Positions 9,193 through 17,884 of a DNA stretch of 64,000 nt are shown in pieces; position 1 is the first letter of the stretch; each line of letters begins with the position of its first letter. A program made the position numbers and the translations under genes. The stretch lies in NCBI GenBank assembly GCA_045629745.1, contig JAZQRU010000042.1, positions 24,358 through 88,357 on the forward strand, in the 5' to 3' direction. The notes under the pieces are model-generated. The model saw nothing but the letters and a program-made list of their open reading frames with translations, ran no database searches and was not told where the DNA came from. This stretch comes from Eubacteriales bacterium. GTDB taxonomy: Bacteria; Bacillota; Clostridia; Oscillospirales; CAG-272.

Positions 9193-9227
9193 AAAAAAAG
9201 AGGCTTTACGCCTCTTTTTATTTTTTC
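9193..9227. terminator. Rho-independent terminator after rnpB (bidirectional)
   Basis: AAAGAGGC-tttac-GCCTCTTT followed by TTATTTTTT. Confidence 0.7.
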
Positions 9228-9313
9228 TTTGAGCCTTCAACGGTTACCTGTTCTTCTTCGTAGTTGTTCATCATAGCCATTCTGCCTTTCAATAATTTAT
9301 TTGCGTTTCCTAT

Positions 9314-9661
9314 TTATGCGTTTAAGATTTCGTCGGAAAGAGTTAAGACCTCGTCCTTGTGCTTGTTTCTTCTCGACATAAGAATTGCTTTGTAGATACA
9401 GTAATTAAATCCTACCATAATCATACCGACAACGCCGACGGCGATACCTAAAGGCATATAGCCCTCTATAACCTCGGGCATTGCAAGGCACATTCCTACA
9501 CCTAAAACGAGCGCTCCTATTACACCGAAAATATATGCGAATATTTCAGCGGGAGTTTCAACTCTTTTGTTAAGCTCGCGAAGCTCGTCAATTTTAGTCG
9601 TTGGCTTTTCTGTATACGAATTTCTGATTTTCTCTACTGTTTTTCTTTCCTTGTTTGACAT
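9314..9661 (-). CDS. Small two-TM hairpin membrane protein, paralogue of 12207-12614
   Basis: 115 aa; AAAGGGGA SD. N-terminal helix (...KIDELRELNKRV...), two Gly-rich TM helices (FGVIGALVLGVGMCLAM / LGIAVGVVGMIMVGF), C-terminal ...LTLSDEILN. Same layout and motifs as the ORF at 12207-12614. Confidence 0.65.
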   Translation of the reverse strand: MSNKERKTVEKIRNSYTEKPTTKIDELRELNKRVETPAEIFAYIFGVIGALVLGVGMCLAMPEVIEGYMPLGIAVGVVGMIMVGFNYCIYKAILMSRRNKHKDEVLTLSDEILNA

Positions 9662-9680
9662 TCGTTTTCCCCTTTGATAT

Positions 9681-9954
9681 AGCCGAAGAGAGTCGAACTC
9701 ATAAGGTTTTGAAATATATATTTTCCCATCTTCTTCGCCAAATTTTTCTTAAATATTGTATATTCTTCCAAAAATTCAGCTCGAATATGAAAAAATCTAT
9801 TATTTCAAAACTGCTATCGCATCTTTCGGCGAATAAATTTCCTGTGAATTTTGCCGTGACGAGTCGCGGCAAAGTATGACTTTGCAAGGCTTGGCGCGAC
9901 GAAAGGCGCTGAAATTTGCCGATGAAAGACTTATTAGTTCGGTTCTCTTCAGCT
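9681..9954. repeat. 274-bp segment bounded by 26-nt imperfect inverted repeats (MITE-like or long-range RNA stem)
   Basis: AGCCGAAGAGAGTCGAACTCATAAGG (9681-9706) versus the reverse complement of 9929-9954, AGCTGAAGAGAACCGAACTAATAAGT: 21/26 identical. The interior has overlapping alternative hairpins. Confidence 0.5.
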
Positions 9955-10060
9955 ATTCCATTATACCCCCCTTTTGTTTTTGAAAAGCTAAAGATAGGTT
10001 GGAGTTTTGATAAATAAATGTAAAAGAAATGTAAAAGAGGCTGTTTTTTTTAAATTGGGC

Positions 10061-10099
10061 TAAAAAAAGAGTAAGCTTATCAAACGATAGGCTCACTCT
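10061..10099 (-). terminator. Rho-independent terminator of the cls operon
   Basis: Minus strand AGAGTGAGC...GCTTACTCT (one G-U pair) followed by TTTTTTT. Confidence 0.7.
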
Positions 10100-10119
10100 A
10101 AAGCTATATATGAGTTTTA

Positions 10120-11691
10120 TTACATAAACGGAGCGAAAATTCGCATAACGCCTGCAAAAATCCGCTTGAATAAATTTCTGTGTTTTTCTTCTCCGACAAG
10201 TTTGGAATCCTTGAACGTTTCAAGAAAATCAAAATGAACGGCGCTCATCGTTTTTTCGTCATTCGTATAAAGCGCGCATTCAAATTGCTGGTAAAAGCTT
10301 CTAAGGTCCATATTTATAGAGCCTACTATAACGGCATTTTCCGTCAAAACAAGCTTTGAATGAACAAAGGAATTCTTCATATAATAAATCTTTACGCCAT
10401 ACCTCACAAGTTTTTCGGCATTGTTTTTAGAAACTACATAAACAAAGCTTTTATCAGGTATTCCCGGAAGAATTATACGCACGTCAACGCCCGAGCGCGC
10501 TTTGTTTATGATTAAGTTCGTAAGAGTATCCTCAAGTATAAAATACGGTGTCATAACGTAGAGGCGCTTTTCTGCCGAGGATATTATGTTCTCATACGCA
10601 TTTTTCGATATAGGCGCTTCAAAATCAAGCCCGTCGGCATACGGAACTGCTACAAAGTCCGAAGCCCTTTTCTCCGCGAGGCCGAGAAAGCGCGAATAAT
10701 CCTCACTTCTTTTAGCGAGGTATTCCCATTGACGTAGAAAGATAAGCGTGAAGCCGTCAACCGCTTCGCCGGAAAGGCGAATTCCCGAGTCCTTCCAATA
10801 GCCGTAAAGGCGCTTTTCGTTGATATATTCGTCTGCAAAATTGCAGCCGCCCGTATACGCGATTTTGCCGTCAATGACTACTATTTTGCGGTGGTCTCGG
10901 TAATTAAGTCCTATCGAAAAGACGGGAAGAAGCCTATTAAATGAAGCGAGCTTTACCCCTTGGGACTTAAGCTTCTTTTTCGTCTTATATGATAGCGTTT
11001 TGTGGCTTCCCATATCGTCGTAGATAAGGCGCACGTCAACACCCGCCTTGAGCTTTTCGGAAATCAGGTCGTAAAAGCGCTTCATAAGAATTCCGTCTGA
11101 AACTATGAAAAATTCCATAAAAATGAATTTTTCCGCGCTTTTCAGCTTTTCAAGAACGTCGTCAAAAAATTTTGCTCCCGAGGAAAAGTATTCAAGCTCG
11201 GTGTTTTTATAAGGGGTAAACTTTCCCGCATTATAAAGATAAGTTACATCATTCGTTACAGATGCGGAAGCCGTAAGCTCTTCCCTTTTATATTCCGGGA
11301 TATATTTCTCCGCGTCGGAAAACACGGATTTATAACGCTTTCTTGCCCTGTTAAAGAAAAATCTTTCGTCAGACATAATGTATATTGCATATCCGAATAT
11401 AAAAAAGATTAAAAGAAAGATTATCCAAACCGCTTTTGACAAGCTGTTTTTATCCGAAGATAATACGTAAATACAAGTTAAAAGACTCATAACGAAGGAA
11501 AAACCAACGTACCATCTGAATGCCATAGCCAGCTCTACATACAGATAGACAAACAGAGCAAGCTGAGAAAAGATTATCGCCATAACGATAAGAGTTTTCA
11601 ACGCACCGAGTCCAGAGGTTTCAGTTTTTACTCTTACCACACGCGTTTCACCTGAACGTGCTTTATGAGTCACCTTTTTATGTTTCTCCAT
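10120..11691 (-). CDS. cls: Cardiolipin synthase (two PLD/HKD domains)
   Basis: N-terminal TM helices plus two HKD motifs (HRKIVVIDG..., HSKLVLTEN...). ATG 11691 follows a GGTGGGG SD and is preferred over the GTG at 11700; it overlaps the upstream gene. Confidence 0.9.
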   Translation of the reverse strand: MEKHKKVTHKARSGETRVVRVKTETSGLGALKTLIVMAIIFSQLALFVYLYVELAMAFRWYVGFSFVMSLLTCIYVLSSDKNSLSKAVWIIFLLIFFIFGYAIYIMSDERFFFNRARKRYKSVFSDAEKYIPEYKREELTASASVTNDVTYLYNAGKFTPYKNTELEYFSSGAKFFDDVLEKLKSAEKFIFMEFFIVSDGILMKRFYDLISEKLKAGVDVRLIYDDMGSHKTLSYKTKKKLKSQGVKLASFNRLLPVFSIGLNYRDHRKIVVIDGKIAYTGGCNFADEYINEKRLYGYWKDSGIRLSGEAVDGFTLIFLRQWEYLAKRSEDYSRFLGLAEKRASDFVAVPYADGLDFEAPISKNAYENIISSAEKRLYVMTPYFILEDTLTNLIINKARSGVDVRIILPGIPDKSFVYVVSKNNAEKLVRYGVKIYYMKNSFVHSKLVLTENAVIVGSINMDLRSFYQQFECALYTNDEKTMSAVHFDFLETFKDSKLVGEEKHRNLFKRIFAGVMRIFAPFM

Positions 11692-12217
11692 TTTCCCCAC
11701 CGTAAATATTTTTCGCAGAAAATATTATTCTGGAAATTTCAGAGGTCATTTCTTTGAATTTCTGTGCAAAAGCTTGATTTTCTTTTTTTAGCATTGTTTT
11801 TAGTAAAGGAACGATAGCAAACACTGATGCTACAGCGGCAACAAACAAAACTACTGAAATAGGTATCAAAAGCTGCTTAATAATAAGCAAAATCCCAAGC
11901 GCTATAAAAATTAGCGGAAACAATCCGAGCGTAAGTCCACAAATAACGGATTTTGAATGCTTGTTTTTTCTGGCGAGTGCAAATCGGTTTACAGCCATTT
12001 CCATTTTAACCTGAAGCAGCTGAAGTCTGTCTTTATTGGGTATTTTGTGACGTCTTTTGAGCTTTATATGGACTATATCGAAATATCTTTTGTCCTCGCT
12101 TTTCTCATATACTTCCCATCCAAACGCCTCATAGAAGGAGAGCATACGCTCCGCTTCGTCTTCTTTAAGTGCCAGACTTATACTGTCGTATTCGTTATAA
12201 TCAAATTCATTCGGCAT
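11678..12217 (-). CDS. Hypothetical membrane protein (small N-terminal domain plus 2 TM plus C-terminal helix)
   Basis: Start moved to ATG 12217 (MPNEFDYNEY...), overlapping the upstream stop by 11 nt. Its architecture echoes the small 2-TM paralogues. Confidence 0.55.
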   Translation of the reverse strand: MPNEFDYNEYDSISLALKEDEAERMLSFYEAFGWEVYEKSEDKRYFDIVHIKLKRRHKIPNKDRLQLLQVKMEMAVNRFALARKNKHSKSVICGLTLGLFPLIFIALGILLIIKQLLIPISVVLFVAAVASVFAIVPLLKTMLKKENQAFAQKFKEMTSEISRIIFSAKNIYGGENGET

Positions 12218-12614
12218 TTTCTGAAAGCAGCTCCTCGGAAAGACGTAAAATTTCAGAACCGTACTTTTTCTTGTTTTTGTTAAGCACAAGCTTATAAACG
12301 GGATAAGCGGCGGATAACGGTATAATTCCGAAAAGAGCAACTATGATTCCCAAAAGATACAGCTTCCATTCAAGAACCATAGCCATACCTAAGCCGAAAA
12401 TCAGAAGTCCTATAACGCCGTTTGATATTCCAACCGCCATAGCGGAATTATTAACGAAGGCGTCGAGCTTGCGAAGTCTTGAAAGCTTTGTGTCCTTCAT
12501 TCCCCCGAGCTCATACTGTTTTTTTATGCTCGCAATTTCTCTGCGCTCAAGCTCAGTAGGCGCGGAATAGCTATACTCGAATTTTTCTCCCGAGTTATTC
12601 GTTTCCCTGTTCAT
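12207..12614 (-). CDS. Small two-TM hairpin membrane protein, paralogue of 9314-9661
   Basis: 135 aa; AAGAGGAA SD; motifs ...IASIKKQY...LSRLRKLD...GVIGLLIFGLGMAMV...LRLSEELL align with 9314-9661. Confidence 0.65.
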   Translation of the reverse strand: MNRETNNSGEKFEYSYSAPTELERREIASIKKQYELGGMKDTKLSRLRKLDAFVNNSAMAVGISNGVIGLLIFGLGMAMVLEWKLYLLGIIVALFGIIPLSAAYPVYKLVLNKNKKKYGSEILRLSEELLSENAE

Positions 12615-13518
12615 TTTTTATATTCCTCTTATATTTGTAAGTTTTTCTTAACATCATAATGCCGATACCTACGGTTGCGGCACAAACCGCCGCGCCCGTC
12701 ATTGCATTTGCAAACGAAAAATTCATACCCTCGCCTCCGAATGAATGAAGCATTGCCGTTTGGAGCGCGAGAAGCGATACGAGGGCATCGGCAAGTCCTA
12801 TATTTCTTACGGCTTCGATAGTTAAGCCGTAATTCTTTTTAGCTTTCAATGCGTTGATTATCCTCATTGTGATTTTATAGAAGGTATAAGCCGCGGCGGC
12901 ATATATTAAAAGTCCGTCATAATGATAGCCTTTATTTGAAGCAACCATTTCCGCTATCGCAAGAGAAAGACAGATGGGCATAAATATGAGAATAATTCCC
13001 GTGATTTTGTATCTTTTAAGCTCCAATTCCTCATTTTTCGGCGCGCCCTTATTATTTTTTCTGTGATAGAGCACTATACCGCCGCGCATTACGGTTAATA
13101 AAATGTAGTAAACGGCTAACGCGCCGTACCATACAGAAGCCGAAATTATCGAAAGCACGACGTGAAAGGCAACGTAGGCAAGATTTATAAGGAAGCTTAA
13201 GCACGCGAAAACAAGCGTTCTGAAGCTATATTCCTCAAGAAGCTTATTCACGAACGGATTTTTCCTCATTCGAGAAGAGGCCGCAGCTTTTATTCCCGGC
13301 GCAAACATTACCATCGTATAAACGGTATATGCAAGACACAGTGCCGAAATTGTGAAAACCGCGTAAGCAATTAAGGAAAGCGGCGCTTCCTCAAAGCCAA
13401 GCACGGCAAGCGTAATGGCACCCGCTATGGCAAAAACGGTAAAAACGTAAAAAATGCATAGCAAAAGCGGCTTCGGATTATTCAGTTTTTTACATATCCT
13501 TTTAAAAAAATCATTCAT
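12595..13518 (-). CDS. Hypothetical polytopic membrane protein (about 8 TM)
   Basis: Start moved to ATG 13518 (MNDFFKRI...), which overlaps the kinase stop (TAATGAATGA); strongly hydrophobic throughout; no family recognised. Confidence 0.6.
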   Translation of the reverse strand: MNDFFKRICKKLNNPKPLLLCIFYVFTVFAIAGAITLAVLGFEEAPLSLIAYAVFTISALCLAYTVYTMVMFAPGIKAAASSRMRKNPFVNKLLEEYSFRTLVFACLSFLINLAYVAFHVVLSIISASVWYGALAVYYILLTVMRGGIVLYHRKNNKGAPKNEELELKRYKITGIILIFMPICLSLAIAEMVASNKGYHYDGLLIYAAAAYTFYKITMRIINALKAKKNYGLTIEAVRNIGLADALVSLLALQTAMLHSFGGEGMNFSFANAMTGAAVCAATVGIGIMMLRKTYKYKRNIKNEQGNE

Positions 13519-14554
13519 TATCCTTAAGCACAACGGTAAACGTGCTTCCCTTCATAAGCTCGCTCTCAACGTAAATCTCACCGCCGATAGTTTCCACAAC
13601 CTTTTTAACGAGCGCAAGTCCTAGTCCGTTTCCCCCACCCGAGTGAGAAGTATCTGCTTGGTAAAATTTTTCAAAAATACGCTTACCCTCTTCTTTTGAA
13701 ATTCCGCAGCCCGTGTCACTCACCTTAAGAGCCGCGCCGTTTTCAACCTTTTTTAACGACACGGAAATTTTTCCGCCGTTTTCGGTGAATTTTATTGCGT
13801 TTGAAATGAGATTGTTAAATACTATTTCAAGGTGGCTTTCCGAGCTTTTCATTGAAAACTCGTCAATATCTACGGAAAGCTCTATGTTTTTTTCGGCAAT
13901 AGGCTCTTCGTAAGCTATTATGCACTCGGAAAGAAGGTCGGCGATCTTGACGTTGCGAAGTTCCTTTATTCCCTGGTTTTCAAGCTTGTTGAGCTTTAAA
14001 ATATTGCTAACAAGCGACGAAAGACGCTTAGCTGCGGAAATTACCGTATTTGAATATTTTATTCTTTCCTCTTCGGTAATATCTTTCTTAGCCAAAAGCT
14101 CGGAATAGCTTTTGATTATTGCAATAGGCGTTTTAAGCTCGTGAGAGATATTCGATATAAAATCGGTTTTCAATATTTCGCTTTTGCCAAGCTCTGTGGC
14201 AACCATATTGAGATTTTCCATTATCAAGTCGTACTCGTCGTATCTTTCGTAGCTATGCTCGGTTTCAAGACGGACGGAAAAATCTCCCTCTGCAATTTTC
14301 TCGGTTGCAAAAAGTATTTTTTTAACAGGGCGCTCTACCATTATTTTTCTTCTTATGAGGTCAATGAGAGTACAAATGGCGGAGAGCGAAAGTATAACAC
14401 CGAGCATAGCTCCGCTGACGCTTCCCGGCTTTTCTGCCAAAACCCTCACGCTCTCGTAAACTGCGAGAGCAACAGTTACCATAACAGCTATAGTGAAGAA
14501 GAAAATTACGTAGCCCATTGCGGTGTAAAAGTTTTTAGCCACCATTCTTTTCAT
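13511..14554 (-). CDS. Sensor histidine kinase, intramembrane-sensing type (2 TM with a loop of about 15 aa)
   Basis: H-box FISNISHELKTPI, N/G boxes ...NLISNAIKFT...DTGCGI...GLGLALV.... Only a short segment (ESVRVLAEKPGSVSG) separates the two TM helices. Confidence 0.9.
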   Translation of the reverse strand: MKRMVAKNFYTAMGYVIFFFTIAVMVTVALAVYESVRVLAEKPGSVSGAMLGVILSLSAICTLIDLIRRKIMVERPVKKILFATEKIAEGDFSVRLETEHSYERYDEYDLIMENLNMVATELGKSEILKTDFISNISHELKTPIAIIKSYSELLAKKDITEEERIKYSNTVISAAKRLSSLVSNILKLNKLENQGIKELRNVKIADLLSECIIAYEEPIAEKNIELSVDIDEFSMKSSESHLEIVFNNLISNAIKFTENGGKISVSLKKVENGAALKVSDTGCGISKEEGKRIFEKFYQADTSHSGGGNGLGLALVKKVVETIGGEIYVESELMKGSTFTVVLKDNE

Positions 14555-15222
14555 TTCATCACCGCCTTGTAGCCAAGTCCGTGAACCGTGAGTATTTCAA
14601 AACCGTCGCAGTGCGAAGTTTTTTCACGAAGCTTTGCCATATACACGTCAACAGTTCGAGAGGTCGCAGAGGAATCGTAATCCCAGAATTCTTCCATAAG
14701 CACCGAGCGCGTGAAGGTCTTTTTTAGATTTGACAAAAGCTTGAAAAGCAAATCAAACTCCCTTGCCGTAAGGGCGATTTCCTCACCGTCGACAAGCGCG
14801 CATCTTTCCTCAATATTCATTGAAAAATTGCCTATCGTGATTTCCTTTGAGCGTTCGATTCCGGCGCGGCGCATAAGAGCCTCTATCTTAAGCATAAGTA
14901 CGTCAACGTCAAACGGCTTCGTAACGTAATCGTCAATGCCTATTTTGTATGCGTACATTTTCGAGGGCTTGTCGTCCTTTGCGCTCATAAAAAGTATGGG
15001 TATGAGCTTATCCTCGCGCCTGACGTTTTCCGCAAGAGTAAATCCGTCCATTTGAGGCATCATTATATCGGATAAAATCATATCGAAGTGTCCCTCATAA
15101 AACGCGCTGAAAGCTTCTTCTCCGTTTTTAGCAAGCTTCGCTTCGTGCCCGTTTTCCTCAAGGTATTTACCGACAAGAGAAAGGAGAGCCGCGTCGTCCT
15201 CAGCCACGAGTATTTTTGCCAC
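14551..15222 (-). CDS. OmpR/PhoB-family response regulator
   Basis: Receiver domain (ILVAEDD...DMILSDIMMPQMDG...) plus winged-helix output (...LTAREFDLL...VDVYMAKLR...GLGY). GTG 15222 sits 7 nt after GGAGGA and is preferred over the TTG at 15237. ATGA overlap with the kinase gene. Confidence 0.9.
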   Translation of the reverse strand: MAKILVAEDDAALLSLVGKYLEENGHEAKLAKNGEEAFSAFYEGHFDMILSDIMMPQMDGFTLAENVRREDKLIPILFMSAKDDKPSKMYAYKIGIDDYVTKPFDVDVLMLKIEALMRRAGIERSKEITIGNFSMNIEERCALVDGEEIALTAREFDLLFKLLSNLKKTFTRSVLMEEFWDYDSSATSRTVDVYMAKLREKTSHCDGFEILTVHGLGYKAVMK

Positions 15223-15328
15223 AGATAAGTCCTCCAAAGATAAATTTTAATTACATTTTAATATTCAGCGGTTTTAGTTTTGTTTTCACTATGTTAATAA
15301 AATGTAAATTTTGATTTTTCTACTAAGA

Positions 15329-15357
15329 ATTATATCACAAAACATATATTTTAACAA
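15329..15357 (-). promoter_or_regulatory. Candidate promoter of the two-component/cls operon
   Basis: Minus strand TTGTTA, 17 nt, TATAAT. Confidence 0.45.
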
Positions 15358-15388
15358 GCAGACGCAGAATTTGTTGTACTTTTGTAAA

Positions 15389-15412
15389 TTTTGCAAGAAA
15401 AAACTTGCAAAA
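15389..15412. promoter_or_regulatory. 9-bp perfect inverted repeat over the murD -35 region
   Basis: TTTTGCAAG-aaaaaa-CTTGCAAAA. The right arm contains the TTGCAA that lies 17-18 nt upstream of TATAAT. Confidence 0.3.
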
Positions 15413-15463
15413 GCACTACGGTTTGAGTTATAATATTTATGCGTCTTTAAAACGGAGTTTTAT

Positions 15464-16801
15464 ATGGCGTTTTTTCACAAAGGAAAAAATATCAAAACGG
15501 TAGCCTTTTTTGGCTTTGGAAAGTCTAATAGAGCGGTTTTTGAATGCCTTTCAAGACGTTACCCAGATTTGAAATTCACCGTAAGGCTTTCTGGAGCGGC
15601 AAGGGATTTGCCCAAATGCGCGAGAATTTTTGAAAACGAAAGAGCATTCGAGGATTTTTCAGAAGACGTAGTTTTCGTATCTCCATCGGTAAGACGGGAT
15701 AGACGGGAATTTTCGGGAAAGCTTTTATCGTCTGATGCGGAGCTTTTTTTTGAGAAAGCTCCAAAAAACGTTTTTGCAGTTACGGGCTCTGACGGAAAAA
15801 GCACGACTAGCTATCTTGCAAACGAGCTTTTAAAAACTTCATTCAAGGCCTCTTATGCCATTGGGAATATAGGTACGCCTTTCACAAGCGCACTTGATTT
15901 TGCCGAAGACTTTGCTTATGCCGCGGAGCTTTCAAGCTTTCAGCTGATGGATTTTGCACCCCCGTCACGTAGGGCCGTAATAACGAATATAACGCCTAAT
16001 CACCTTGACTGGCACAAGTCGTTTGAAGAATACGTTTGCGCTAAGGAAAACGTTTTAAAAAACACCCGCGAGCCTGTTTTCTTTATAGACGACGATATTT
16101 GCCGCGAGCTTTCTAAAAAATATCCCCCAAGAATAGTTGCTTCTTTTGCGCTTTCAAAAAGCGAAATTATGCAACACAAAGCACAAACTTATATTTACAT
16201 AGACGAAGGCTCGGTATATGCAAACGGTGAGAGGCTTTTAGCCATTTCCGATATTCTGAGAAAAGAAGAATACAACCTTAAAAATTTTCTTTCCGCCATA
16301 GCGCTTTGCTACGGCTTCTTTGAAAAGCGGGAGCTTTTGCGTATTGCAAAAAGCTTTTCAGGGCTTCCTCACAGATTTGAGCTTGTTTTTGAGCTTGACG
16401 GAATAAAATTCTTCAATTCCTCGATAGACTCTTCTCCGCAAAGAACGCACGCAACGCTCTCTGCCTATAAGGCCCCATTCGTGCTTCTTATGGGCGGAAG
16501 AACAAAAATGAAAAACTATGAAATTCTTTGCGACGCAATCGAGAAAAATGCGCACGCCCTGGTACTTACGGGCGAAAACCGCAATGAAATATATGAAAAA
16601 ATAAAGCCGACATCAGCACCCGTATTTATAGAAGAAAATTTTGAGGCAGCGGTGGAATGCGCCTATAATTTAGCGAAAAACAACTGCGACCTTATATTTT
16701 CGCCTGCGTCTGTGAGCTTTGACGCATTTGATAATTTTGAAAAAAGAGGAGAAGCTTTTTACTCAGCTCTTAAGAAAATAAGAAACCGTAACTTAAAATG
16801 A
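15464..16801 (+). CDS. murD: UDP-N-acetylmuramoyl-L-alanine--D-glutamate ligase
   Basis: N-terminal Rossmann-like GFGKSNRA, Mur-ligase P-loop VTGSDGKSTT, C-terminal ...FSPASVSFDAFDNFEKRGEAF... typical of MurD. Confidence 0.8.
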   Translation: MAFFHKGKNIKTVAFFGFGKSNRAVFECLSRRYPDLKFTVRLSGAARDLPKCARIFENERAFEDFSEDVVFVSPSVRRDRREFSGKLLSSDAELFFEKAPKNVFAVTGSDGKSTTSYLANELLKTSFKASYAIGNIGTPFTSALDFAEDFAYAAELSSFQLMDFAPPSRRAVITNITPNHLDWHKSFEEYVCAKENVLKNTREPVFFIDDDICRELSKKYPPRIVASFALSKSEIMQHKAQTYIYIDEGSVYANGERLLAISDILRKEEYNLKNFLSAIALCYGFFEKRELLRIAKSFSGLPHRFELVFELDGIKFFNSSIDSSPQRTHATLSAYKAPFVLLMGGRTKMKNYEILCDAIEKNAHALVLTGENRNEIYEKIKPTSAPVFIEENFEAAVECAYNLAKNNCDLIFSPASVSFDAFDNFEKRGEAFYSALKKIRNRNLK

Positions 16802-16813
16802 AAGGTTTAGGAT

Positions 16814-17884
16814 ATGAAAAAGATTTTTGCGCTTATATTTTTAATTCTCTCACTCTCTGTCTTTGCCTCGTGCGACGGGAATGACGGCGACGTGCCAAGC
16901 GGTATGCAGCTCGTTTACGGAAGCAACGAAGACGGATACTTCTTTTATTCACCTGAAGGCTGGCTTATATCAAACGTTGGAGATATAAAAGCAACTTATA
17001 TATCGAGAGTTAATACAACCTCGGTAAGCTTTACTGAGGTTAAGCTCGATACCGAGGGGGACAGAAGCGAATATTTCTTTAATCAATATTTTGACAAAAG
17101 CCTTACTGAGCTTCAAAAAATGAAAGGCTTTCTGCTTAAGGAAAGACAAAAACCGATAAGCTTAGGACTTAATGAATACGCGGCAGAGCGCGCGAAGCAG
17201 TATATTTATTCCTACGAATACGAGGGATTTACATTTACGTTTATGCAAATTCTTGCAGAGAACAACGGTCACTTCTATATTTTGACGTACTCGGCACAAA
17301 GCTCCGGAGAAGAGGGCGAAACCTCAAGATACGACAAACACCTCGAAGAGCTTCAGACAATTATCGAAAACTTCCGCTTCACAGACGGCGGTGAAAAGAG
17401 CGACGGTACTACTCAATACGAGCGTGATTCAGACGGATATATTCTTGTTTCCGATAAAAAAATCTCAGGCTTTGATTTATACGTGCCCGATAGCTTCAAG
17501 CCAAACTACTCAAGCGCAATAGTGTCCGTAACGCATAGCGACGGCTCAAGCATCAATTTAACCGAGGCAACTCCCTCAGGAATAACCGCGGACAAGTATT
17601 GGGAGCTTAGAAAAGTTGAGCTTGAAAAATTCTTCGGCGAGGTTACCGAAATACAAAAAGACGTTGATACGGAGCTTGGAAACAGCGATAGCACCCTTTA
17701 CGGCAACTGGGACTGGGCTTATGAATACACCTTCGTTCACGATGGTGAGAAGTATCACGTTTATCAAATTCTCGCAATAGACGGCTCTGACGGATACGTG
17801 TTTACTTATACCGCTCTTGAAGACAATTATTATTTACATTTTGACGAAGTACTTAAGGTTATAGGAAAGGTTAATTTCAAATGA
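16814..17884 (+). CDS. Hypothetical lipoprotein
   Basis: Signal peptide with lipobox MKKIFALIFLILSLSVFASC; 356 aa; no family recognised. Confidence 0.65.
   Translation: MKKIFALIFLILSLSVFASCDGNDGDVPSGMQLVYGSNEDGYFFYSPEGWLISNVGDIKATYISRVNTTSVSFTEVKLDTEGDRSEYFFNQYFDKSLTELQKMKGFLLKERQKPISLGLNEYAAERAKQYIYSYEYEGFTFTFMQILAENNGHFYILTYSAQSSGEEGETSRYDKHLEELQTIIENFRFTDGGEKSDGTTQYERDSDGYILVSDKKISGFDLYVPDSFKPNYSSAIVSVTHSDGSSINLTEATPSGITADKYWELRKVELEKFFGEVTEIQKDVDTELGNSDSTLYGNWDWAYEYTFVHDGEKYHVYQILAIDGSDGYVFTYTALEDNYYLHFDEVLKVIGKVNFK

Noticed and set aside
9218-9280. 20-codon minus-strand ORF (MAMMNNYEEEQVTVEGSKKK) downstream of the orphan 2-TM gene
   Set aside because: It has only a weak AAAGG SD, and its stop codon overlaps the T-run of the rnpB terminator hairpin. 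It cannot be supported without conservation data. It is noted only in case ribosome profiling is available.
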